A DNA stretch of 64,000 nucleotides. It comes from Methanotrichaceae archaeon (lineage in GTDB: Archaea; Halobacteriota; Methanosarcinia; Methanotrichales; Methanotrichaceae). Within the stretch, counting starts at the first letter, position 1, and the number at the start of each line of letters is the position of its first letter. Under the pieces are notes generated by a model. That model did no database searches. It was not told the origin of the DNA and was given only the letters and a program-made list of their open reading frames with translations. Below, piece after piece: positions 39,897 to 51,400 of this stretch. Location of the stretch: the NCBI GenBank assembly GCA_963803145.1, contig CAWDLW010000015.1:160001-224000 (forward strand), given 5' to 3'. Made by a program: the position numbers and the translations under genes.

Positions 39897-40182
39897 TAAG
39901 ATCTGGATTAAATTGGGATATATCGTATCCTAGGATCCCGGCATTAGCCGGGATCATCTTTTATTATCCTGACAGGAATAGCGCAAACTAAGCTAACAGT
40001 CTGCAATATAGGAGAGATCACGCGCCCAATATTTTTTGGAATTTTCGGAGGGCAACAAAGAAGTTCGTCCCGGGACTTACTAAAACAGCACGTGTTAAAG
40101 TATAAGAAGTGCCGCAGGAAGGCAGGATGAAAAGAGGGATTATTAGCTTCACTGGGGAAGCCAAACCTCCACAACCAGGGAT

Positions 40183-40692
40183 CTATATATAGAGTGTGTG
40201 AAGAAACAACAGTATATTACCTATAATAAAAAGCAAGAGACCTAAAGCGCCAATAGTCCTCTTGGGCGCTCGGCGGGCTACGAACATTAGAATATATGTT
40301 ATGACCGCCACTGCTATGACCACTGCAAGAACTTTATGGATGGGTGCCAGGAGATGCTTGGCCATCCCATAGTAGTATAGGATGTACTCTACTAGAGTTG
40401 ATTGGTGGTAAAACGTCACCTGATACACGGATAGCAGTATTATCGCGATGATAATTACCAAAAGTACCTTTCTATTGAACTTCAAAATGGCCTTTGCAGC
40501 CTTTGTAGATCGACCGAATGCCTTAGATGTTCGATAGTCCAAGCGATCGTTTAGCCGATCGATCTTCTCTGCTGATACGAGATACTCTATAGCCAGGAAA
40601 ATGCCTGCAAAGAAGTTGGCAATGATTCCCATCTGCTCCAAAGCTACATCATCCAGTCCAAATACCGCCAAGTGAAGATCAATTAAAGGCAT
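40183..40692 (-). CDS. Hypothetical membrane protein
   Basis: Four hydrophobic segments; GGTGA SD before ATG 40692. Confidence 0.7.
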   Translation of the reverse strand: MPLIDLHLAVFGLDDVALEQMGIIANFFAGIFLAIEYLVSAEKIDRLNDRLDYRTSKAFGRSTKAAKAILKFNRKVLLVIIIAIILLSVYQVTFYHQSTLVEYILYYYGMAKHLLAPIHKVLAVVIAVAVITYILMFVARRAPKRTIGALGLLLFIIGNILLFLHTLYI

Positions 40693-41125
40693 TAGTTCAC
40701 CTTTGCATCCCATGCTGCACTGCTACCAATTATCCGCCTGAGGATATACATCTCGCCAATGAGATATGATACCGGAATTTCAACAATTCCATAAGCCCTA
40801 TATCCGTCATGGATCAATTCCCATCCAGAGATAAATACTTTGTACCTGTGATCTCTCCCCCATTAATATAATATCAATCGATATTGGAGATGCCATATGA
40901 TTTTATCTTTAATCTCTCGCTCATCTATCCCCCGAAAATCCAATTCAGTGATTTTTGCCAGTTAAAATAGGAATGATTATCAGCTTCATTTTCATGAAGA
41001 TCCTTTAGTAACAGGATAGGATGCCATCTCCGGAAGGATCGATAGCCTTGAATGAGTCCGCAACAAGAGGTCTTATAATAAGCCAGATATTTGCGAATCT
41101 ACTGGATAGGCATAAATTATGAAGA

Positions 41126-43472
41126 TTAATCAAAGCATAAGAGAGCCATTGAAAGAGCGGATAGAAGGGCAGTCTGTTGGGGCTGCCCAGGTTCTGCCAG
41201 GTTCTCACCAAAGTATCTAAAGAGGCGGTGGAGGTAATAAGGCTCATAGCTGAGATCGTGGTTCTCGCCCGGCATCACCAGCAGGTCGAAGGGCTTATCC
41301 GCTCTAATGAAAGCATCCACCAGCTGCATAGTCATGCAGGGATTTACGTTATCATCCACATCCCCGGTGATCATTAGCAGCTTTCCTGTCAAGTTTCCGG
41401 CTTTGAGTGCAGTTATCTGTTCTGTGTAATTTGAGTCCAATCCCTCGTACTTCTCGCCCCAGAATGCTCCATAGAACCTGCTGTCATAATCTCCAGAAGA
41501 TGCCACACCTACCTTGTAGAACTCCGGATAGGTTAGCAATGCCTGAGCAGTCATCAACCCACCCGCAGAGTGCCCGAACATTCCCACCCGGCTCAAGTCC
41601 ATAAAAGGCCTATCTTTCGCTAACTGCTTGAGGCCATTTACATGATCGGCAAGGCCACCGACATCCCCCAGATGGCCGTAGGCTGCGTCATGGAACTCCT
41701 TAGATCTGTAAGCAGTGCCCGGACCATCCATAGTAACAACTATGAACCCGAGCTCAGCGACTGCCTGAGCCCTCCAGAAGATCTTGTTGACCCAAGATAG
41801 GTCTTCGGGGAATGATTTAGCTGTGACTATGGTATAGGGCCCAGGGTAAACGGTCTCAACAACTGGATACTTCTGGGATGAGTTGAAATTGGTGGGCTTG
41901 AAGATTAAGCCGTAAAGATCTGTTTTGCCATCAAGCGCCTTGATGCTGAACCTCTCTGGGGGCCTCCAGCCCATATCTGTAATGTTCTTTATATCTCCCT
42001 TCTCCAAATTCATGATTACATTGCCGTTCAGATCCCTTAGCACCGTCACAGGCGGAAGATCCACTCGCGAGTAAGTATCAAGAAAAGCGGTTCTGTCAGG
42101 GGTCATCTGTATGTCGTGATCTGCGTCTTCAGGCGTAAGAAGCGTGAGCCCGCTGCCGTTGAGGCCTATTTTGTAGAGATGACGGAAATAAGGGTCTTGC
42201 CCTGGCTCTTTGCCTCCGGCTGTGAAGTATACCAACGATTCATTCTCATCCACACACAGAAGCTTCCTGACAACCCAATCCCCGGAGGTTATGGCGTTCT
42301 TTTGTCTTCCATTTTTATCATAGAGGTACAGATGGCCATAGCCGCTCGCCTCAGAAAACCAAACTATATCTCCATTTTTCAGGACCCTAGCATTAGGTAG
42401 GCTGGCATAATCCAGGTTGGCCTCAACATAAGTGGGGCCACTCTCATTTAAGATCTCTTCAGTCTGTCCGTTATCAGGATTGATCTTCAGAAGATGCAAC
42501 GCCTTTTCGCCCCTATCTGCATAGAGCGAGTAGAGTACCTGGCCATCGTCGCTCCACCATTGAAGAACATCACTCATCGGTATCCATTAGAGATACCTCG
42601 GGCTGGGCTTTGTAAGCAATAGGGATGATTTTCTTCTCAAGAACATCTATCACTACCGGCTCATACATTGGAACATACTTATCCCCCGGCATAGCAAACC
42701 TGTAAGTCCAAGGTCTGGGCCTGGAGCTGTTATCAGGCACATACTGGAGGAGATACAATGGAGTAACATTACTCTGATTCATCCTGAATGTAGCAATTCT
42801 TCTGGAATCCGGAGACCACACGGCATAAGGCATTGGCGTATCATTCAGCCTGACCTGGCTGATCGGGTGCAAGACTGTGTCGGATCTCGTTGCATAAGCG
42901 TAGTCTTTAGATCCGTCGGTAGTCAGAGGATACTTCTCGCCGGCAGATATATCCCTGATCCATAGGTTATAGTCATGGACGTAGGCTGCCATGCTTCCGT
43001 CAGGGGAGAGCCCTTCACCAGGCCTAGCGTCCCTATCAGTGGATACCTCAGAGATACTATAGCTCTGAAGATTACACTGCCAGGTTTTGTTAAAGGCAGA
43101 GAACCTGATATTGCCCTTCATAAAGGTTATATAAGAAAATGGCAGGTTCGATGGATCTACTCGATCACCGGAGATTGCAGCAAGCACTTTAGCAAGTGCT
43201 GTTTGATTAAAGGCGAATTCCTTAGTCCTGTTTTTAATATCCACCAGGATGAACTGCTTGCCTTCACGACTTATTCTCAAATACCAGAAGGAAGAGGATC
43301 CATCTATCCAGTTAGGAGTGATGCTGACGTTATAGAGGGTCGGGATTACATTAGCTGGCACGAACTGCTCTGCCCGAGCATAGTCAGTGGTATTGTTAAG
43401 ACTGAAAGCAGGGGGAATGAGCACCAAAGCGGCTATCAGGAGCCAATAGAAGAGTAAGCGCATAACGTACAC
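41126..43472 (-). pseudogene. Secreted S9B dipeptidyl-peptidase IV-like protein split by a frameshift (ORFs 42570-43472 and 41126-42577)
   Basis: N-part has signal peptide and DPPIV_N propeller (WSPDSRRIA); C-part has GHSAGG, DDNV and H triad; junction gat gag t gat gtt shifts the frame mid-propeller. Confidence 0.85.
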
Positions 43473-43592
43473 TTGTTCACTTGCTTTAATTAACTTATCA
43501 TTACCGATAAATTAAATTCTTCAGAGAACAACTATAATAATTGCACTACTTATAATTGAAAAATGGTAGAAGATGAAGGCTTTTGGCCTTCA

Positions 43593-45224
43593 TCAACTTG
43601 CTTTTGCCGCATTTGGAAACGCCCTTGATGGCGTATTCGGGTACTTGAGCATGCTGGCAACAAGTTGCCTATAAATCTTTATTCCGGCGTTTTCAACGAA
43701 ATCATGCTCCCCAGCAATGTTATGCTGCTCGCCCGGATCTATCTCGATGTTGTAGACCGCGGGGATTTGGCCGTAATCGCTCTCAGGACCCTGGAATGAG
43801 TCATAGGCTTTGTAATGAATCTTGAACTGATGCCAGCGTATGGCCCCGGGATAGGCCTGGGCTGAGCTATCAGCCCCGAAATACCACACGACCCATTCTC
43901 TGTTGGAATTATTTTGTTTTCCTAATAGGAAATTCGATTGGTCTATTCCATCGATGGGCCTATCCGTGGGGACCTTTCCTCCCCCGAGGGCTGCAAATGT
44001 GCTGAAGAGATCAAGGGTACACATGATCCCATTAGACACCCCGCCGGCTTCGATCTTCCCAGGCCATCGGATTATACAGGGAACGCGCACACCGCCTTCG
44101 TAGGCTGTACCTATTCCGCCACGGAATGGCGAATAGCCCGAATCAGGCCATTGGTCAAGCGTTGGTCCATTATCGCTTGTCATAACGATTATGGTGTTAT
44201 TATCTAACCCCGCTTCTCGGACGGCATCAATAATTTGGCCGACGTAAGAGTCCATCTCCATTAATCCATCGCCATATGGGCCTTTGCTGGACTTTCCTGC
44301 CCATTTTGGATTTTGGACACTGGGGAAATGAGTCCGGGCAAAGGCCATGTATAGGAAGAAGGGCTTAGTGGAGTTCGACTGATTCTGGATATACGCGATA
44401 GCTTTGCCTACGTTTTTCTCATCAACAAATGCCATCGAAGTCAGGTTTAATGGCTCCACGAGTGTAAGGTTCTCGCCTTTCTTTGCCTCTACCAGGCCAT
44501 AAATTGGCTTTCCCAACTCTGAATCTGGATCGTATCCAAGGCGTTCCGGCTGACTGTAGGCATTGAAGTGATATAATTGCCCAAAGAACTCATCGAAACC
44601 CATATTTTGAGGCTCGCTTTCATTGATATCGCCCATGTGCCACTTGCCAAAGATAGCGGTTCTATAGCCCGCATTGGACAGCACTTTAGCAATGGTGGTC
44701 TCATTAGGAGATATGCCCGCACCAACACCAGGTGGCGTGGCCATGTTCATGCCCGTTCTGATCGGGAGCCGCCCTGTCAACATGGCCGCCCTGGTGGGAG
44801 TGCATTGCGTCTCCGAGTAGAAGGATGTTAGCCTGAGGCCCTCTTTGGCCATCTGATCCATCCTGGGTGTCGGTGCGCCTAATACAGCGCCGCCGCCATA
44901 GCAGCCTGGATCCATATAGCCCATGTTATCGGCCATCATGATTATTATATTCGGCCTAGGTGCTGGAGCGACATCCTCGTGGACTACCTGCTGAAGGCTC
45001 GCATTCTTGGATAAAACATTTTTCCTATTCGTTACCGCGTCTACTCCTATATTCTCTGAGGCTATTGCGTTATTACCATTTGCTTCAGGAGCAGTCGAGT
45101 TGCTTATTTTTAGATCTAAGGGTATTGGAGATAATCCTGTGTTACTGGAATCTAGACTGCAGCTGGCAACTGAAATTAGAAAAATACAGCCAATTGCTAG
45201 TGTACATATGGATCGATATCTAAT
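43593..45224 (-). CDS. Secreted Cys-type sulfatase (N-terminus extends about 95 codons beyond the track start)
   Basis: CTPTRAAMLTGR, GKWHMG, SDNG; frame is open upstream of 44939 through RPNIIIMMAD to a signal-like IRYRSICTLAIGCIFLISVASC. Confidence 0.9.
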   Translation of the reverse strand: MRYRSICTLAIGCIFLISVASCSLDSSNTGLSPIPLDLKISNSTAPEANGNNAIASENIGVDAVTNRKNVLSKNASLQQVVHEDVAPAPRPNIIIMMADNMGYMDPGCYGGGAVLGAPTPRMDQMAKEGLRLTSFYSETQCTPTRAAMLTGRLPIRTGMNMATPPGVGAGISPNETTIAKVLSNAGYRTAIFGKWHMGDINESEPQNMGFDEFFGQLYHFNAYSQPERLGYDPDSELGKPIYGLVEAKKGENLTLVEPLNLTSMAFVDEKNVGKAIAYIQNQSNSTKPFFLYMAFARTHFPSVQNPKWAGKSSKGPYGDGLMEMDSYVGQIIDAVREAGLDNNTIIVMTSDNGPTLDQWPDSGYSPFRGGIGTAYEGGVRVPCIIRWPGKIEAGGVSNGIMCTLDLFSTFAALGGGKVPTDRPIDGIDQSNFLLGKQNNSNREWVVWYFGADSSAQAYPGAIRWHQFKIHYKAYDSFQGPESDYGQIPAVYNIEIDPGEQHNIAGEHDFVENAGIKIYRQLVASMLKYPNTPSRAFPNAAKAS

Positions 45225-45599
45225 ACAGATCCCCTCTAGTTTCCCATATTAAGCTCATATGTATAAATAGATTTTTGAAAATGGTTAGCAAAAGAGTGAA
45301 AGAAAATAAGCATTTTTTTCGAGTCTGTGAAATATACTGAAATATATAATGCACCATACTTCTAAACACATAAATATGTAAAAATTGAGTGATGCTATGA
45401 GAGTAATAGTCAATCTTAATTTTACATTGGCTGTGCCCGATGGTTAATCATGACAAGTGTTGACGCTCCCGCACATGAAACCCAAAGCTTCTACGGCCTT
45501 TCAACCAATAAGCTACATCTCTTGGGCTTTGCATATGCTAAGCGTAATTTGATTTAACCCTGATCTCCGGCTTTTCTCTTTAGCCAATCTAAACTACCC

Positions 45600-45962
45600 T
45601 CACAGTTTAGCCACCGGCAGAGTTGCACCACTCGTAACTCCACCAATGTCGACCATTGCACCATCATTGTTATCGGCTAATCCAAGAGGATACAGCCCAC
45701 AGGCGGACATTGAATTGCATACAAATTCATTGAGCGTTATATTAAGGCTAGGCCTGGTTCCACTGAGATATGCCATTCCATTGCTTATTTCACCAGCAGG
45801 AAAAACGCCGGCCCCATCATTGATTATTCCGATTGTTCCCGGAACTCCATTTGGAACTAATCCACTAGATCCAATCACTATGGGTGCTTGCCCAAACGAA
45901 GACGAACAGCAAATTAGCATCATGATGAAAATCATGATTATTGGTTTCGCTTTTCTCATCAT
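45600..45962 (-). CDS. Small secreted hypothetical protein
   Basis: GGAGGG SD before ATG 45962; signal peptide; Gly-rich. Confidence 0.6.
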   Translation of the reverse strand: MMRKAKPIIMIFIMMLICCSSSFGQAPIVIGSSGLVPNGVPGTIGIINDGAGVFPAGEISNGMAYLSGTRPSLNITLNEFVCNSMSACGLYPLGLADNNDGAMVDIGGVTSGATLPVAKL

Positions 45963-46193
45963 CTTACTTCCCTCCAATTTTTATCATATTGCTTGTTGAC
46001 TATATAGAAGCTTCTTGTATATCACCATTTTGTCCTAGACTAATGGTAATGCCAATTGATGCATTAATTGGGCAAAAGGCTACAAAGACATGTTGCTACA
46101 TTCTAACTACTGGCCCTTTGACATATTAGATTACCGGAAGTGCTGTCTCCATGACTTGGAAAGTTGCAGCTGCAAAATTGCATTTAGCCCGGC

Positions 46194-47144
46194 TTATCTG
46201 CTAGGATTTCTGATAACTCCCTGGTCAAACCTATGAGAAGGCCTCAGGAAAGATGCTACAGCGGCTACCAGAGAGACTATGAATGAGACCAGAAAGACCT
46301 CATGCATGCCCATCTCGAAGTCTATGAGCGATGTGCCGCTCATGCCACCTCCATAGAGGAAGACGTGGAACATCACATCGAATGGTATGCGGCTGAGCAC
46401 GAGAGGGAAGCCTATGGCTATGCTGAGCATGCTGCCTGTGTTCATGAGCATAACGTTTGTGCCCGAGGCTATGCCCCTCTTTTCTGGAGGCACAGATGAC
46501 ATGATGGAGTTTGTATTGGGGGAAGCAAACAGGCCTGATCCACCACCCATGAGGATCATGTACAAAGCAAGCCACCAGTAAGATGTGGTGCTTACCACCG
46601 TTGTCAAGCCCAGGAGACCAAGGGCCGATACCAGAAGGCCAGCAGTTGCCAGCCCCCTAGAGCCATATCTGTCTGAGAGGTGGCCCGAGACTGGCCCCAC
46701 CAGCATGAATGCCGCTCCAAAGGGTGCCATCATTATGCCAGCAGTGAGCGGGTCCTCTCCATATGGGCCCTGGAGGAAGAAGATCAGGATAAAGAGAACC
46801 GCGCCTCTGGCTAGGCTGTTTAGGAACCTGGCAACTGACGCATAGGCGAAGAGCCTATCATTAAAGAGCTTGAAGTCCATCATAGGCTGCTCTACTTTGC
46901 GCTCCAATGCAAAGAATGCCGCCAGACCAATGACCGCACAGACAAAAAGGATATAGACATACATAATGCTTATCAGCGGAAAGGCCGCGAGGGAGACTGC
47001 CAAAAGCAACGATCCCAGCACCAGCAAGATATCACCAGGAGATATGTCAAACGCTTCCCTTGCTTCCTTGGGTATTACAATTTGACCACGCTCTCCTACC
47101 TTAACGCTTCCAAAGATCCGTAAGTCTTTCTTAGAGGTCTCCAT
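46194..47144 (-). pseudogene. In-frame fusion of an AbrB-like N-terminus (44 aa) to the C-terminal part of a DHA2-type MFS transporter
   Basis: FGSVKVGERGQIVIPKEAREAFDISPGDILLVLG then ERKVEQPMMDFKLF, GHLSDRYGSR, SPNTNSIMSSVPPEKRGIASG; the N-terminal MFS helices are absent. Confidence 0.75.
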
Positions 47145-47213
47145 TCCTTTGTTCTCAGATTCTTCATATCAAATCACTGATAGAATCTGATTCTTTCGTT
47201 GAGTTGTAATCCT

Positions 47214-48260
47214 TCAAGACGAAATAGCATCTTGGCAATCGCAGCTTACCTCTTTATAAATATAATACCTGAGCGGTATTTCGGCATTTACTGTGCTCTG
47301 ATCTGCAGTTCTTACATGGAAGTTCTTCATCAGAGGAATATCCACGTTTTTAGCAAGGACTATTTGATTATCTTTGTTGTCCATTGTTATAGCCATGCTA
47401 GTCGGGTCAACAGTTCTTATACTCAGTTTATCATATTGCTGGTCTACTTTGATTGAGATAGGGCTATCTGAGATCTGGAATATCCCATCTATTATGGCAT
47501 TAGCCTTCGAGTCGGTCTTGATAGCATCCTTTAAGTGGACGGCAATGATGACGATATCCTTAGTTGCTCCTAGATCTGTTTTGAAGTAATAGGTTTGATC
47601 TGATGTTGTCGCACTATCCATAGATAGTCGAACGATGTTGGTATCGACCGTTTGGTTATTCTTTCTGAGCTCCAGTAACACACCTTTGCTATCAGTATCT
47701 ATGCCATTCAAGAAAAGCTCATAGCCCTCCTTAAGTTTTAGGGGATTATCTGAGGATATCGCCATCTCAGAGTCATCATCCATCAGAACCGTGCTGAGTT
47801 GCTCATTGGTCATCAAGTTTGTATTTTCAGATTTATTATAAAGTATCGGCACAGCCACATTAGATGCAGACATTGCAGCAGTTGTTTGGCGACTATAAGC
47901 AGCAAAATCTCTATCGCCAAGGAATCCGATCACATAATATTGGCCCCATGGCTTGAACTTGAAGTTCACTGTTTGAGCTTCGGTCTGGTAGACTACACCC
48001 CTGTAGCCTTCCGCATCCTCTATATCGCTAAGAGTGCTGCTACTATTTTCCGAAATGCTAGACAGCCTAAACGTGAGCCTCTCTGTCCCGATATTCTTGT
48101 CTAGATCATAAAATAAACCGGCAAAGTTGCTATGATCCCAGCTAAATTGGTTCATGCCAAGATCTGCAACTGCGCCAGCTATATCTACTTTATTAGATGC
48201 CGAGCCGATCAACGATACTGAGATCATTACAAAAAGCACTACATATATATTTGCTCTCAT
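47214..48260 (-). CDS. S-layer domain protein (Methanosarcinales S-layer duplication/DUF1608-like)
   Basis: WDHSNFAGLFYDLDKNIGTE, WGQYYVIGFLG, LKLKEGYEL, IDGIFQISD, RYYIYKE. Confidence 0.85.
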   Translation of the reverse strand: MRANIYVVLFVMISVSLIGSASNKVDIAGAVADLGMNQFSWDHSNFAGLFYDLDKNIGTERLTFRLSSISENSSSTLSDIEDAEGYRGVVYQTEAQTVNFKFKPWGQYYVIGFLGDRDFAAYSRQTTAAMSASNVAVPILYNKSENTNLMTNEQLSTVLMDDDSEMAISSDNPLKLKEGYELFLNGIDTDSKGVLLELRKNNQTVDTNIVRLSMDSATTSDQTYYFKTDLGATKDIVIIAVHLKDAIKTDSKANAIIDGIFQISDSPISIKVDQQYDKLSIRTVDPTSMAITMDNKDNQIVLAKNVDIPLMKNFHVRTADQSTVNAEIPLRYYIYKEVSCDCQDAISS

Positions 48261-48470
48261 ACAGAACCTTCCTGAATTCCTAATAATTTTGCCTGATGAT
48301 AGCGCTTTAGATGATGGTGTTAGTCATTTTATACATACCTACAGGAGCCGGGATTAGATCCAATTTCCCAGCTCCATGGCTTGAACAAAGCTAGTCTAGC
48401 CGACCTCTGGCCTATGGCTCACTTTCTGCACCTGGTGCACAAAAGTCCCTATTTTTCTTTCTGATTATAT

Positions 48471-51400
48471 CTATTTCATACTTTGTTTTTCGACTCCAAA
48501 ATTAAGATCTGTTATCGAATCTGCGGATAAGTTGACTGAGAGCATCCCTCCTTTTGGAGCAGTCTGATTCCATCCGGGTTTTAGAACTTCTCGGATATTA
48601 TATTCACCAGGAGTCAGATAGGGGAAGATATACTTGCCTTCTTTGCCTGTGGTGTTGGTGGCAAGCACCTTGGCTGCAGCAGTCTCTAGTTGGATGGTCC
48701 AGCCCGCCAATCCTCGCTCTTCGGAACTCCAAACTCCATCCCCATTAGTATCGTTAAACATAGCCCCAGAGATAGAAAGCGCCCACCTATTGCCGAAGTC
48801 CATGCCGCTGGCATTTCCTCCCGTGAGGTTAATAAGGCGGAATTCCGCGCGCGGAAGAGTGCGAGTCCAGCCATGCCGCTGCTCCTCTGTCAAGTTATAG
48901 ATGCCGGGAGATAGGTGAATTATTGAATATGAGCCGTCTGACTTGGTGAGATTGGTTGCATTAAATGTCCCATTTTGCATCTGAAGCCTGATCTCCCAAC
49001 CTCCTAGGCCCTTTTCCGTTGATTCCTTTATTCCGTTGCCATTTGTATCGTTGAACTTAATACCGGAGATCGCCCTAATCCCACGATTGCCGAAATTGAT
49101 GCTGCTAGCATTGTATCTGGTAAGGTTGATCGACAAAGGACTGCTGATAGGAGCTGTCCTGGCCCATCCCGGCTTTGGAATCTGGCTGATGAAATACCTT
49201 CCAGGTGTCAGATTGGTGAAGTTATACGCTCCATCCTTATTTGTAGTCGCTTCAGCTATTATTTTTCCCAATGGCCTCTCCAAATTTATGATCCAGCCGG
49301 ACAATCCCACTTCTCCAGCTTCAATTCTTCCGTTTCCATTGGCATCGTTGAACTCGGTTCCCGAAATGCTCAAGGCTCCACGGTTGCCGAAGTCAATACT
49401 GGAGTTGGCAAGGCTAAGTGCCGCTCCATAAGCCTTCTCGATAGGAGCAGTCTGGGACCAGCCGATCTGCTGCTCCTCAGAGAGATTATAGGTTCCCGGC
49501 TGCAGATTGCCAAAGAAGTAGACGCCAGTCTTGTTTGTGGTATTTGTGGCCAGCACTGTTCCAGCTTGCAGCAGATGGATTGTCCAGCCAGGCATGCCTT
49601 TTTCATCTTTTTCCTTTATCCCGTTTCCATTGGTATCATTGAACTTGAAACCTGAGATGGACAGAATGCCTCTATTGCCGAAGTCCAGACCACTAGCATC
49701 GGACATAGTCAGAGTCACAGACCAGACCCTGCTTCTGGGTGCGGTCACTCTCCATCCAGGCTTTTGAACCTCTCTGACGGTATACCTCCCTGGTGGCAGG
49801 AAACTGAAAGAATATGCCCCAGAGGCTGAGGTGATGTTCCTGGCAATGACCTGGCCAGAAGGCTGCTCAAGGTTTATGACCCAACCCGAGAGTCCCGGCT
49901 CACCTGGATCTCTGACTCTATTGCCGTTTCTATCATTGAACTTTGTTCCGGAAATGGTTAATGCTCCACGGTTTCCGAAGTCCACATTCCTGGCATCTGC
50001 AAGGCTCAAGTTGACTGTCCGAATCCCTCCTACAGGGGCTGTTTGAGTCCAGCCTGGAATGAGAACCTCTGTCAAATTGAAAGTCCAAGGCTCCAGGTTC
50101 TCGAACTTATAAGTGCCGTCGGAGCCTGTAATTGTGGTTGCAATTATTCCTCCGGCAGGGGCCTGAAGATTTATTGTCCATCCGGAAAGTCCTCTTTCAC
50201 CAGGATCTAGGACTCCATTGCCATTTCTATCGTCGAACTTAATTCCTGAAATCTTTCGTATGCCTCGGTTTCCAAAGTCGATGCCAGTGATGCCTGTATC
50301 CGCGGCTTTAAGCTCAATCCTGTGATATCCGCCAGCAGGAGCGGTTTGAGCCCACCCTTGCTGCAGTATCTCTTTAACATAGTAAGCGCCTGGTCCTAGA
50401 TTGGCGAAGCTGTAAGCTCCGCCCGGGCCGGTGATGGCAGTACTGAGGAGGTTTCCTGGAGGATACTCCAGATAGACGACCCAGCCCGGCAGTCCAAGCT
50501 CTCCAGGGTCAAAGACTTTGTTGCCATTGGCATCATCGAACTTGGCTCCGGAGATTGTCATGGTGCCAATGTTTCCGAAGTCTACTCCGCCCACAACGGA
50601 ATCGGCATCTGTGATTACTACCACCCTGACGCCACCAGCTGGAACTGTCGGGATCCAGCCTGGCTGAAGAACCTCGGATACCGTGTAAGTGCCTGGCTTA
50701 AGCTTTGAGAAACCATAAGAACCGTCGAGGCCAGTTGTTGCATCAACTGTGGTTCCATCTGGTTTGGTCAGACGGATGGTGAAACCCTCCAGTCCGGGCT
50801 CTCTTTCATCCTTGACACCATCAGCGTTCAGATCATAAAACTTCATTCCCGATATGGATTTATCCCCTTCGCCACCGGAGATCTCGATCCGGTTGCCAAA
50901 ATCAATGCCTGTCGCATCATAGTCCTTCAGCTCCACCCTCTGTGCACCCGAACCCTTAGATGGAGCAGTCTGGGTCCATGGATACTTCTGAGCCTCTCGG
51001 ACCCAATAAACGCCCGGCTGCAGATCTTTGAAGCTGTAGGAGCCGTCACTTCCAGTGACCGTCCTGGCTATCTCGCTTCCTTCAGGCTGCTCAAGAATTA
51101 TTGTCCAATTTCCCAAACCCTCCTCGTAATAACCTTTGATTCCGTCCCCATTTGAGTCGTTGAACTTCATTCCTGAAATGGAGAGAGCTCCCATATTCGC
51201 AAAGTCGATGCCTTCAGAATTGGTATTGGGGTCAAGATCTACATACTGAATTCCATTGTCAGGTTTGACTGGCTTCCAGCCCGGCTTCGCCTCTTCTCTG
51301 ACCACATACTTCCCAGGAGCAAGCTTGGTGAACGAATAGGTTCCGTTGGGCGATCCGCTCAAGCCTCCGGGCGATGTAGTCGTCTTGGCAACGACATTGC

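Noticed and set aside
40730-41120. Possible gene remnant (ORF 41005-41247)
   Set aside because: Overlaps the peptidase 3' end and shows no recognisable homology
41126-43472. Selenocysteine/pyrrolysine readthrough in the S9 peptidase
   Set aside because: The downstream part is in a different frame, so stop readthrough cannot join the halves
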